NCBI GenBank assembly: GCA_000708835.1 | Contig: DF238762.1 | Span: forward strand, 117,483 to 181,482 | Source: Klebsormidium nitens | Taxonomy: Eukaryota; Plantae; Klebsormidiophyceae | Direction: 5' to 3' | DNA: 64,000 bases | In this document: positions 1-11,493 of the stretch, piece by piece | Layout of the letters: every line of letters begins with the position of its first letter | Numbering within the stretch: the stretch's first letter is position 1 | The notes under the pieces: model-generated | What the model was told of the DNA's origin: nothing | The model's database searches: none | The model's input: the letters and a program-made list of their open reading frames with translations, nothing else | Made by a program: the position numbers and the translations under genes

Positions 1-1
1 T

Positions 2-2297
<2,296 letters not shown>

Positions 2298-2315
2298 AGA
2301 TTTGATAATTTAGAT

Positions 2316-2342
2316 GAGTCGGAGAGAATCGATCTCCGACTC
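2316..2342 (+). terminator. 3' stem-loop after psbC
   Basis: gagtcggaga / tctccgactc perfect 10-bp inverted repeat, with a T-rich tract shortly downstream. Confidence 0.7.
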
Positions 2343-2449
2343 GCCGTATTCTTTTTTTTCTAAGAAAAATCGATTGAATCATTTTTTAGTACATCTAAAA
2401 TTTTTATTCTTTAATTTTTAATACGTCTCTTTTTTATTTTATTCGGACG

Positions 2450-3340
2450 ATGAGCAAAGTACAAACTGGTCTTTCTGTGTTACGTGGCTGGGTTATACGT
2501 TTTTTAGATCAAGAATTAGAAATAGCTTGCACGGCGGTGCGCCAGATTCAAGAAATTGAAAGAGTTTACATTCGTTATCAAGATGCACCACATCTAACCT
2601 ATGATCAGTTTCAGACTTTAAGGCTTTATTTAGATACGATCCGAGAACAAGCTTTAGATGAAATGGAGCAAAGCCTACTTCATTTTGAAAGATTTTTTTG
2701 GTTCCGAACAGAACAAAAGCAACTTACTTTTCAAAACAAGCTTTGGTTTATTGAAGGGATTGTATGGGAAATGAATCAATCAACAGAAATTCTTCAACAA
2801 CAGCTTAAAATAAATGGTCTAACTGCTGACGAACCAATTGGGCTTATTCCTAGATCAATAGCTCGAACGTTTTCACGTTTACAAACCGAGTTGGATCCTG
2901 ATGCAGAACCTTTGCTTATGCAAGAGTTTAAACTGATTCGTTACCAAGCGATAGCCTCGTTTCAATTTTTAGGTCATTTGTTATTTTTTCCATGGGTATC
3001 TCAACAAATTCTTAAAATCTTTTTTTTTAAGCCCATCCTTTCGCATTGGTGGAATACAGGACAACGAGAGCTTTTTCTTAATTCTTTTCAAGAACAAAAA
3101 GCACTTGAAGAACTTCAAAAATTAGAGGACACTGCATGGCTTGATTTACTTATGACTTATTCATCTGAGGTTCCTCTATCTCTTTTTATCAATACGATTC
3201 ATGAAAGAGCATTACAACTTGTAGCAAGTACTAATGATTATAGTATCCAAGCTTTAGTGCAACTTTGTACTGATGGGATTTTTGTTTGCACATTGCTTTT
3301 ATTACTTGCATTTAGCCAAAGAAAATTGTCTCTTGCTCAA
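2450..3340 (+). CDS. cemA: CemA envelope membrane protein, exon 1 (join 2450-3340, 3832-3864, 4355-4606; 391 aa)
   Basis: CemA-like sequence (PRSIARTFSRL, WWNTGQRELFLNSFQE); 891 nt ending ...QRKLSLAQ immediately before GTGCG at 3341. Confidence 0.88.
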
Positions 3341-3831
3341 GTGCGTGCTGTCAAAGTTTGTGGGTTTTATAAAAATGAAAAAAAATGCTAACCAATCACA
3401 AAAAGTTTTTGGGACAGTAGCATGCATTGATTTATTTTAAGTTTTTAAAAACTTGAAAATTTTTGATGTCACAATTTAGTTTTTGTTATTTATTAACTTT
3501 GTCTTTAAACGTAGATTGTTTATTGCTTTGCTATTTTTGATAGCGTGCAGGTGGATATTAACCGGACCAGAGAGAGCGCTCCGGTTTATTTTAGTTAAAT
3601 ATGGTCCACAAGTTTGAAGAAAATTTTTAAGGACAACAAATATTGTGAAAAATCACCCTAATCTTTAAACAGTTATATCGGTTCAAAACGCTGGTAGAGC
3701 CCAAGAAATTTTCGGGCCAAAATGAAAATCTTGTATTCTCTTACAAGAAAGTCATTCTTGTGAGCCGAGTGTTCTATTTGGCACATGCTCGGTTCGAAAG
3801 TCAAAACAAAAATGATCAAGTTTTGTCTTAT
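3341..3831 (+). mobile_element. Group II intron 1 of cemA (ORF-less, 491 nt)
   Basis: 5' GTGCG; domain V GAGCCGAGTG...CACATGCTCGGTTC at 3762-3795; domain VI stem 3798-3829; ends in AT. Confidence 0.85.
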
Positions 3832-3864
3832 TCGTTAATATATGAGCTGTTTTATAGCTTGAGT
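3832..3864 (+). CDS. cemA: CemA exon 2, 33-nt micro-exon (SLIYELFYSLS)
   Basis: Lies between the end of a domain V/VI and a new GTGCG at 3865; supplies the ExFYxLS segment expected before the CemA motif DTxKAF. Confidence 0.85.
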
Positions 3865-4354
3865 GTGCGTCTTTTAACCTATTTGCAGCAAGCTTTCTTC
3901 GCTATAGTAAAACTAAAAAGGTCGCTGAGGAGCGGGCTATTACAGCTAGTGTTACTTTTTTTAATTCTTAAAAGGTAGTAAAAATGAATAAGCAATATGA
4001 ATCACCTTGTAGATTAGATCCCAAATGAAGTGGAAATTTTCAACGAAAGTGCTTGCTAATGCTCAATAGCGAGGTCTTGTGATTTTAGAGGGTGTACAAG
4101 CTTGACCTTAGTAAAGATAATTGAAAGCTGCAAAATATAGAAAAGTCAATTTCCATAGACAATATTCTCTATGGAGATCAGGAAAAAAGATATAATAAGC
4201 AAAGTACTTTGTATTTTTTCTTATCTAGCATCAATAAGAAGATTTTTGATTAACAGATTATTTGAAATTGAATGCTAGTGAAAGAGCCGTATGAAACTTG
4301 TATTCGTTTCACGTCCGGTTCAAAAGGAGGGAGATAAAAAGATCCTATCTCACC
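3865..4354 (+). mobile_element. Group II intron 2 of cemA (ORF-less, 490 nt)
   Basis: 5' GTGCG; domain V GAGCCGTATGAA...TTCACGTCCGGTTC at 4284-4321; ends CCTATCTCACC with an A at -8. Confidence 0.85.
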
Positions 4355-4606
4355 GATACCATGAAAGCTTTTTTAATTTTGCTTTTTACAGATTTATTAA
4401 TAGGTTTTCATTCTCCTCATGGATGGGAAATATTAATTGAATCTTTTATGACATATCTTGGTTTTGCTCCAAACCAATATGTTGTTTCTCTTTTTGTTTC
4501 TACTTTCCCAGTTATTGTAGATACAGTCTTTAAGTATTGGATCTTTCGTCATCTTAATCGCGTATCTCCCTCTATTGTGGTAACTTACCATACGATGAGT
4601 GAATAA
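4355..4606 (+). CDS. cemA: CemA exon 3
   Basis: [25 protein letters not shown]...[37 protein letters not shown], the conserved CemA C-terminus. Confidence 0.95.
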   Translation, partial: DTMKAFLILLFTDLLIGFHSPHGWEILIESFMTYLGFAPNQYVVSLFVSTFPVIVDTVFKYWIFRHLNRVSPSIVVTYHTMSE

Positions 4607-4704
4607 TCTTCCTTCTCCTTTGTTACGTCTAGAGGTACCATGAGGTAAGGGGTGAGCTTAGTCTCTAGGCGCAGGGGAGGATCATTGATACATTTATCCA
4701 AGAA

Positions 4705-5649
4705 ATGCTCCATCATAAAAGTTTTTTGTTCAAAACCTTTCTTTTTTTTATTTCCATTATAAGTTTACTAGGTTTGCCTAGCTTTTCTTATGCATATCCT
4801 GTTTTTGCCCAGCAAGGATATGAAAATCCTAGAGAGGCGACTGGTCGAATTGTTTGTGCGAACTGTCATTTGGCAAAGAAGCCAGTAGATCTTGAAGTTC
4901 CACAATCTGTTCTTCCCAATACAGTATTTGAAGCTGTAGTAAAAATTCCTTATGATTTACAAGCTAAGCAAGTGTTAGGCAATGGCAAAAAAGGAGGGTT
5001 AAATGTAGGGGCTGTTCTTGTACTGCCTGAAGGGTTTCAACTCGCACCTCCCGAAAGGCTTTCTCCCGAGCTTAAAGAAAAAGTAGGGAATTTAGCTTTT
5101 CAACCTTACAATTCTGAACGTAAGAATATACTTGTTGTAGGACCTTTACCAGGAAAAAAATACCAAGAGATCGTATTTCCGATCTTATCTCCTGACCCAA
5201 CTACCCAAAAAGGTGCATACTTTTTAAAATATAGCTTTCATGTTGGTGCAAATCGAGGACGAGGGCAAATTTATCCGAATGGTAGTAAAAGCAACAATAC
5301 TGTGTATAGCGCGTCTTCGACTGGAACAATTACCCAAATTTCTAATCGAGATAAGGGAGGTTTTGAAGTAACAATTGAAGCTGCTGATGGAGCTAAAGTG
5401 GTAGATGTAGTGCCGTCTGGGCCTACATTGATTGTATCGAAAGGCGATACTATTAAAGCTGATCAACCTCTTACAAATAACCCAAATGTTGGAGGTTTTG
5501 GACAGGCTGACGCCGAAGTTGTTTTACAAGATCCTACGAGGCTTACTGGCTTGATTTTATTCTTTGGTTCTGTTGTTATTGCTCAAATTTTCTTGGTTTT
5601 GAAGAAAAAGCAATTTGAAAAAGTTCAGCTTGCTGAAATGAACTTTTAA
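4705..5649 (+). CDS. petA: Apocytochrome f
   Basis: [25 protein letters not shown] heme-binding motif; C-terminus [15 protein letters not shown]. Confidence 0.99.
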   Translation: MLHHKSFLFKTFLFFISIISLLGLPSFSYAYPVFAQQGYENPREATGRIVCANCHLAKKPVDLEVPQSVLPNTVFEAVVKIPYDLQAKQVLGNGKKGGLNVGAVLVLPEGFQLAPPERLSPELKEKVGNLAFQPYNSERKNILVVGPLPGKKYQEIVFPILSPDPTTQKGAYFLKYSFHVGANRGRGQIYPNGSKSNNTVYSASSTGTITQISNRDKGGFEVTIEAADGAKVVDVVPSGPTLIVSKGDTIKADQPLTNNPNVGGFGQADAEVVLQDPTRLTGLILFFGSVVIAQIFLVLKKKQFEKVQLAEMNF

Positions 5650-6262
5650 GATGATTTAGTTCGCTAAAAAAAATTGACTCTTTCTATTTCAACAAATAAA
5701 CCAAGCATTCGTCCTTTTTGCTCAAAGCCTAAGTTAGTCAACTTTTTGCAAGGAATTTTATAATCAAAGTACTCACAATTGAGTACAATCAGGAACTATG
5801 AGCATCAATAGGCCCTGTCTATTTAGGTGTGCCGAACAACAACTATTTCTTTTAAAAAAGAAGTTTTTTGTTTTGCATAGTAGTGATTATAAGCCAATAT
5901 TTCATCAAACTATTCTTTTTTTTCGACTTCGAGAGAACAGATTGTTGTCGCAAAAGTGTGGCTTATTTTTTTTTCAAGCAAACATATGTTTTTTTGGATT
6001 TATAGTTCTTACGCATAGAAAAAAGAACTTCATTGATTTATTTCTTATAACGAGCAAAAAATCGTACGTTTATATAAAACCAAATTTGATATTTGGTGCT
6101 CACTTTCATGCCTATATGTTGAGTATTCGTTGTAGATCGAATTGCCTTGAACACACTTTTCAGTGGGATACGATTATCAATACTCATCCCTTGGCTAAAG
6201 AGGTAATCGATTACTTAGGTGGGGCTTTCTCTGCTTTTTAAAAGCACCGTTACTGAATATTT

Positions 6263-6291
6263 TTGTGATTCATATGCTTTAGTGGTATAAT
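6263..6291 (+). promoter_or_regulatory. Putative sigma70-type promoter of psbEFLJ
   Basis: TTGTGA (6263) - 17 nt - TATAAT (6286) with extended -10 TGn. Confidence 0.55.
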
Positions 6292-6397
6292 GATTGTGCA
6301 GGGAAAGGTTAATATGTGCTGCACAAAGTTTGTGTGCACTGATCTACCCAATTTAGCCGCTCCATCTACAAGGAGTAATCTAAGAAAGGAGGCTCTC

Positions 6398-6649
6398 ATG
6401 TCGGGAAACACTGGGGAACGCCCCTTTGCAGACATTCTTACAAGTATTCGCTATTGGGTGATTCATAGCATTACCATACCTTCTCTTTTTGTTGCTGGCT
6501 GGCTTTTTGTAAGTACCGGGTTGGCTTACGATGTGTTTGGAAGCCCTCGTCCAAATGAGTATTTTACAGAAGATCGTCAAGAAGTTCCCTTAGTGACTGA
6601 TCGTTTCGGCTCTTTAGAACAAATCAACGGCTTTACCAAAGGAATTTAG
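6398..6649 (+). CDS. psbE: Cytochrome b559 alpha subunit
   Basis: [31 protein letters not shown]...; AAGGAGG SD upstream. Confidence 0.99.
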   Translation: MSGNTGERPFADILTSIRYWVIHSITIPSLFVAGWLFVSTGLAYDVFGSPRPNEYFTEDRQEVPLVTDRFGSLEQINGFTKGI

Positions 6650-6658
6650 GAGGCATTT

Positions 6659-6781
6659 GTGACTATCGATAACAGTTCTTATCCAATCTTTACTGTCCGA
6701 TGGCTCTCGGTGCACGCTTTGGCTGTTCCTACGGTGTTTTTCCTTGGAGCAATTACTGCAATGCAATTCATCCAGCGTTAA
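6659..6781 (+). CDS. psbF: Cytochrome b559 beta subunit (GTG start, 40 aa)
   Basis: Hand translation (M)[39 protein letters not shown]; AGGAGG SD upstream. Confidence 0.97.
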   Translation: MTIDNSSYPIFTVRWLSVHALAVPTVFFLGAITAMQFIQR

Positions 6782-6802
6782 AAAATCTATAGGAGCATCG
6801 AC

Positions 6803-6919
6803 ATGACCGAGCCTAATCCAAACAAGCAGACCGTGGAGCTCAATCGGACAAGTCTCTACTGGGGGCTTCTTCTTATTTTTGTGCTTGCGATCTTATTTTC
6901 AAACTACTTTTTTAACTAG
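6803..6919 (+). CDS. psbL: Photosystem II protein L
   Basis: [38 protein letters not shown]. Confidence 0.98.
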   Translation: MTEPNPNKQTVELNRTSLYWGLLLIFVLAILFSNYFFN

Positions 6920-7012
6920 CCTGCTAAGGGCAGATAGCCTCATAGGCTATCGTTTGCAAGCTATAAGGAAAGAGTTACCGCTTTGAGTGAATACCAAAAA
7001 TAAGGAGAGAGA

Positions 7013-7141
7013 ATGTCCAACACTGGAACCACTGGAAGGATTCCCCTGTGGCTGGTTGGCACAGTGGCTGGCCTAGCCGTCATTACCCTGGTAGGGGTGT
7101 TTTTTTATGGGGCCTATTCTGGTTTAGGATCATCCCTCTAA
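7013..7141 (+). CDS. psbJ: Photosystem II protein J
   Basis: [42 protein letters not shown]. Confidence 0.98.
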   Translation: MSNTGTTGRIPLWLVGTVAGLAVITLVGVFFYGAYSGLGSSL

Positions 7142-7273
7142 AACCTTAGGTCTCAAAAAAAAAGCTTCGAACCAATTGAAGGTCATAAGCCTTTTTACTA
7201 GCCTGGCAACTCAACTTTTAGAAAAAGTTGCCAGCGTTAGACGCTCACACTTTTTTTTTCATCTTTTACAAAT

Positions 7274-7597
7274 ATGAAGAAAAATATGAAGAAAGATAAA
7301 GAGTATTATATTTGGCTATATAATATAACTGAGTTCTGGGAGCTTAGGAAGATTGAAAATGATTGGACTTTAAAGTCTACCGCTAAACAGGCGCATAAAG
7401 ATTATATGATGAGTCTACTGGCAGGGAAGGACGCTACGGCAAATTGTTTTGCTACTCTCTTAGTCATTTGTACAATCGATAGAATCAATACTTTAGAATA
7501 AGCTTATAACAACTTTGTGTACTATCCCCTAAGAAATATTGCTTTTGTCATGTTTTTTATTGCCACAAACTTTAACAAAAAAACTAACTTTAAGTAA
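7274..7597 (+). pseudogene. Orphan family A copy with internal TAA (7499-7501); paralog of ORF274
   Basis: Ungapped hand alignment to ORF274 gives 28/91 identities and continues past the stop; the next stop TAA (7595-7597) overlaps the ATG of ORF180. Confidence 0.75.
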
Positions 7598-8139
7598 TGA
7601 CTAGGCAAAAAGACGTTCATCATTCTCTTTCAGAAGAAGAATTTGTTTTAAACAAGGAGTTAACTGGTGAAATTCCTTTACCAAGCTCTATAAATATAAA
7701 TGAGCAAAAGTTCAAAAATGAGAAGACTTGGTTCAGTAAGTTTATTTTTGTTTTTAAAGGATTAATCTTCAGCGGATTTTTTCTTTTACTGAGCGGAGGG
7801 TATATATTGTTTTGTTTTAGGCTGACTACTCGACAAAATTACGCCACCACATTTTATTCCAGGGTGGCCAGTCTCACTTCATCTTGTCATTTAAGTAATG
7901 CAATGCCAACGACTATTGCATTAGCTACGCCTAGTTCTGTTTCGAAGTCTGTTTCTGTTAATGCACAGACAACAATTCGCTCCGATCCTTCAAAAACTAG
8001 CTCTAGCTCTTTACATCGTAGTAAATCTTATAATATTCCAAAAAATATTCTTTCTATAGAACCACCGCCCGTTCACGCACGATATATACTTGTATTAAAA
8101 AAATGGACTCTAGTCCATCTTATTGTCGAGCAGTGCTAA
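7597..8139 (+). CDS. Orphan ORF180: hydrophobic (TM-like) segment plus Ser/Thr-rich region; possibly the N-terminal part of a fused ORF180/405
   Basis: 180-codon ORF; no recognisable family; weak similarity to ORF135 at 26533. Confidence 0.6.
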   Translation: MTRQKDVHHSLSEEEFVLNKELTGEIPLPSSININEQKFKNEKTWFSKFIFVFKGLIFSGFFLLLSGGYILFCFRLTTRQNYATTFYSRVASLTSSCHLSNAMPTTIALATPSSVSKSVSVNAQTTIRSDPSKTSSSSLHRSKSYNIPKNILSIEPPPVHARYILVLKKWTLVHLIVEQC

Positions 8140-9320
8140 AGAACGCAGATTGTGGGGCTAGGAGTAGGATTGAAATAACCAAACAAGATAAAAAAAAGAA
8201 AAAACACAGGCATTCTAAAGGTCGGAAAGGATCTTTTTGGCGTCCTCTGAAGAAAAAACTTCAAATCCGTAGAAGAAAGAGTGGTAAAAGAGCCCTAATT
8301 GGGATAACAGCTTCTACCCGAGATTATTCTCAAGAAAAAGATCTCTGCGAGGGGGAGGGCTTTAATCCAAGAATCATAGTATCTTCTCATAGTGAAATTG
8401 CCTTGATCGGGATGGCCTATTCGCTCTATTGCCAATCCTGTATGCAATTGCCGTATGCTATTCCTTTTTTGCCGCAAATTCTCCCTATCATCGTAAAAAC
8501 TGCGATTGCAAATTTTTCGACTTTACCAAACCTAGAAACTAGTGAAAGTGCACCTCAGGCTGTAGACAAGGTCGCAGAAGGCGTAGTCAAATTTTTACCC
8601 GTCATTGATTCGGGAATCAATGTTTTTGACGCTGTTCGTAAGAGAAATACTATCCCTATAGAGAAAAAAATTCAAATGGAAATTTCGTTTGTTCATAGAA
8701 AAGTTAAAGAGACTTTGCTTTCTGCTATTGATGATTCTGGTTTAATAGTAGTTGTCACAGAAGCTAAAATAAGAGATCTTCAGGGCATAAAAGAGATGGA
8801 TGGCAGCTCTCATAGGTTTAAAACCGCGGAGGAATTATGGCTTTCTGATGATATAGAAGATGCACAAATGGCTTTTTGTGATGGAAACCCTATACCTCTT
8901 TATAGTCGCATGGCGGCTACGCAGTATCTTTGTAGATGGGACGCACCGCTTATGATTTCTCCTGGTGCGCCTCAATTACGCCAGCGAATCCTTGATAACA
9001 CATTAGCTTTTCAAACTCGAATGAGAGTCCAGTTAAACAAGATTGTCATTTTCAAAAAACCAGTTTCACAATCGGAACCATTTTTTACACAATTGCATAT
9101 ATGGGCTAATTCTATGCCTTACATGCGAGAAAATCTTTATGAGACTCAAAAACACTCTTTTAAAAAAACAGATACATATTGGCAAGAAATAGAACCTCAG
9201 CTCATTGAGAGCAGCTTTCAAAAAGGTTGTGACAAGTATCAAGAGAAGTATGGAATTAAAATCTCTTCGATTGATCGACAAAACTGTATTAAGCAGTTTA
9301 TAGATAAAAAGTTTTTGTAG
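8103..9320 (+). CDS. Orphan ORF405, function unknown
   Basis: 405-codon ORF in AT-rich DNA; conserved block DGSSHRF..LW..D..ED.QM.F shared with a decayed paralog at 27421-27675; followed by a strong hairpin. Confidence 0.75.
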   Translation: MDSSPSYCRAVLKNADCGARSRIEITKQDKKKKKHRHSKGRKGSFWRPLKKKLQIRRRKSGKRALIGITASTRDYSQEKDLCEGEGFNPRIIVSSHSEIALIGMAYSLYCQSCMQLPYAIPFLPQILPIIVKTAIANFSTLPNLETSESAPQAVDKVAEGVVKFLPVIDSGINVFDAVRKRNTIPIEKKIQMEISFVHRKVKETLLSAIDDSGLIVVVTEAKIRDLQGIKEMDGSSHRFKTAEELWLSDDIEDAQMAFCDGNPIPLYSRMAATQYLCRWDAPLMISPGAPQLRQRILDNTLAFQTRMRVQLNKIVIFKKPVSQSEPFFTQLHIWANSMPYMRENLYETQKHSFKKTDTYWQEIEPQLIESSFQKGCDKYQEKYGIKISSIDRQNCIKQFIDKKFL

Positions 9321-9345
9321 CTTAGTAATTCGATGTGTTTATTTC

Positions 9346-9372
9346 TACCCTCATCCAACTTGGATGAGGGTA
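9346..9372 (+). terminator. Stem-loop after ORF405
   Basis: taccctcatcca-act-tggatgagggta, perfect 12-bp stem followed by ttttt. Confidence 0.8.
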
Positions 9373-9483
9373 TTTTTATTCATTTTTTCATGCAATTTTT
9401 TTTTTAACTGTGTTGAAAACACCTGATACGCTTATAATTCATGTAAATAATCTTTTTATTTATATAAATATTATTTCAGTACA

Positions 9484-10308
9484 ATGCTTCATCAAAAGCC
9501 AAAAGTATTGGTTATATGTTTGAAAACAAATGTAAAAAAAGCCTTTAAAAAAATAAAAGTTTCGACTATTGAAAAATTAAAGAGTACAGGAGCAATCGAC
9601 AAAATGGATTATGAAGATTATGAATATCATGAAGATTATCTTTGTTATTATGACATACCTAAAAAGTATTTCAATGCTAGGTATAATTTTTATTATAAAT
9701 ATCCCGATTATGAAAAGGATGATAAATTTGATATAGATCTATACACCGAACGTGAATCTTTCCGACTTGAGGGCATTAAAGATGATCCTATTTTATTACC
9801 TATTGTCCGACAGGCTTATAGAAGAGATATGATCAAGCCAGCAAGACATTTTAGGGGGACCATTCGTCACTTTCTCGCTCTTCAAGAAATTTTTTCGATT
9901 GATCGGATTAACACTGCACAAGAGTGTTATAGCAAAGGAATTATCTCAAAAATTCACAATATTCGATTTGCGAGTGAGTATTTGGCTGATACTGAGTACA
10001 GTCGCCCATTGTCTCCTAGGAAGTCGGATTACGTGAGAGAAATCATTGTAAAAAATTCATTTGTTTTTGTATTCAACAGGTTTGAAGGTAACATATTTAA
10101 AGACATTTCTAGATACGTGCAACCTTCTGATCTTTATGAGGTTGATAGAATAAATTTTGCGTTGTTAAGAATGTTTTCTTATAGCTTGTTTTTTTTGAAT
10201 AATTTAATAGATCGGTATGACGACGTTTTAGAATATTCACATTTTTTCGGAACGAAAAACCAAAAGCATTATTTCAAAAGCTCTTATCCAGGGTTTCGTA
10301 CATTATAA
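9484..10308 (+). CDS. Orphan ORF274 (family A), function unknown
   Basis: 274-codon ORF; homologous to the 7274-7597 pseudogene. Confidence 0.72.
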   Translation: MLHQKPKVLVICLKTNVKKAFKKIKVSTIEKLKSTGAIDKMDYEDYEYHEDYLCYYDIPKKYFNARYNFYYKYPDYEKDDKFDIDLYTERESFRLEGIKDDPILLPIVRQAYRRDMIKPARHFRGTIRHFLALQEIFSIDRINTAQECYSKGIISKIHNIRFASEYLADTEYSRPLSPRKSDYVREIIVKNSFVFVFNRFEGNIFKDISRYVQPSDLYEVDRINFALLRMFSYSLFFLNNLIDRYDDVLEYSHFFGTKNQKHYFKSSYPGFRTL

Positions 10309-10338
10309 AGAGCCAAAACAATACTCAAAAAAGACGAC

Positions 10339-11154
10339 ATGACGATCAACGTGAAAGAATTACTAAAGAATCCTGAAATTCAAGCTCGCTATATAACCTA
10401 TTCCAATAGATTAATTGATTGTCAACGAACTCTGAAACAAGATTTCAGAGACTTAGAATATTTTTTATATTCTTTTTCTGACTACAAGCATGTTTCGGAC
10501 TCAAAAAAACTTGAAGACAAAGAGATAGAATATATTTCTCAAGAAATGGATGCGGTAAAGCTACTTCTAACAACAGACTATAAAGAAAAAGATTCTACTA
10601 TAAACAAATTCAAACACTTTTTTTTTAATTCAAATCATTCTCGTTTTGCAGATGCAGGCATATTAGCTAAATATAAAAGCGAGAGATATATGTTGTTGGA
10701 AAAAGCTCTAAAAACCTACGTATTTCCAGAGCTCAAAGCTTCCCTCGCAGATAAGGTTGATGCTTTAAAACAGGATTTTACGCGAGCTCCAAATTCCCTA
10801 ACGCTCCAAGTTTATAGCCACATTTCCGAATATTTTCACGATAAGCACACTAAAATTGAGACGATTTTTTTGAATCATTTTAATTATAATTATATAAAGG
10901 GCAATAACCAAAATACAAAACTTTCAATTAGTTTGTCAATAAAAGCATCAGAAGAGGCTGTTAAATCCATAAGAACCGAAGACTTAATAGCTTACTTTAA
11001 TTCTAAAAATTTAGCTAAACCTCCATATCGTGAACGATATAAAGCTTTAACGGGGCGTGAGCCCGAAGTGTCGTTCAATCAGCATACGCTAGCTTATATA
11101 CCTGGAGCTTTTTTTAGTATTGGGGATTCTATTGATGACAGTGGGTATCTATAA
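10339..11154 (+). CDS. Orphan ORF271, function unknown
   Basis: 271-codon ORF starting 30 nt after ORF274 on the same strand; no recognisable motif. Confidence 0.65.
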   Translation: MTINVKELLKNPEIQARYITYSNRLIDCQRTLKQDFRDLEYFLYSFSDYKHVSDSKKLEDKEIEYISQEMDAVKLLLTTDYKEKDSTINKFKHFFFNSNHSRFADAGILAKYKSERYMLLEKALKTYVFPELKASLADKVDALKQDFTRAPNSLTLQVYSHISEYFHDKHTKIETIFLNHFNYNYIKGNNQNTKLSISLSIKASEEAVKSIRTEDLIAYFNSKNLAKPPYRERYKALTGREPEVSFNQHTLAYIPGAFFSIGDSIDDSGYL

Positions 11155-11387
11155 AAAACGAAAAATTATTTCAAAAAAAAAGTATGAGTCAATATTTTAA
11201 TGCAACAAAACAAAAAAGAAAATTGTTAAAAGAAAAGTTGGGCACTTAACATTTGAAATGGATATGGTTTGGTCCCGGTTGCACTGTGTGCATGTAGGCA
11301 TCATGCTCGAGATGTGCGATAATAGATGTGTGCGGTCTTGCTTCAGATGACTGCTGACTGGCAACTGTTCTAGCACCAGGCTATAGG

Positions 11388-11479
11388 ATAGGCAAAGACT
11401 CTGTGTTTTTGCTGTCTGTATTGGTGTCAGGGTCAATGGATTGAATGCAAGCCGCGTGTTTGTTTGTGTCGTCTGAAGA
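11388..11479 (+). repeat. psaA leader segment, copy 1 of a dispersed imperfect repeat
   Basis: Shares actctgtgt, tttgctgt, gggtcaatgga(t/c)tgaatgcaag and ttgtgtcgtctgaaga in the same order with 39213-39295. Confidence 0.85.
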
Positions 11480-11493
11480 GAGGAGAAATCTCG

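Noticed and set aside
3722-3738. 17-nt match atgaaaatcttgtattc between cemA intron 1 and the psbD/psbC overlap (876-892)
   Set aside because: Single short AT-rich match with no flanking similarity; plausible by chance in 64 kb.
5798-6241. 147-aa ORF between petA and psbE
   Set aside because: Phe/Lys/Ile-rich translation typical of AT-rich spacer DNA; no motif and no paralog in the window.
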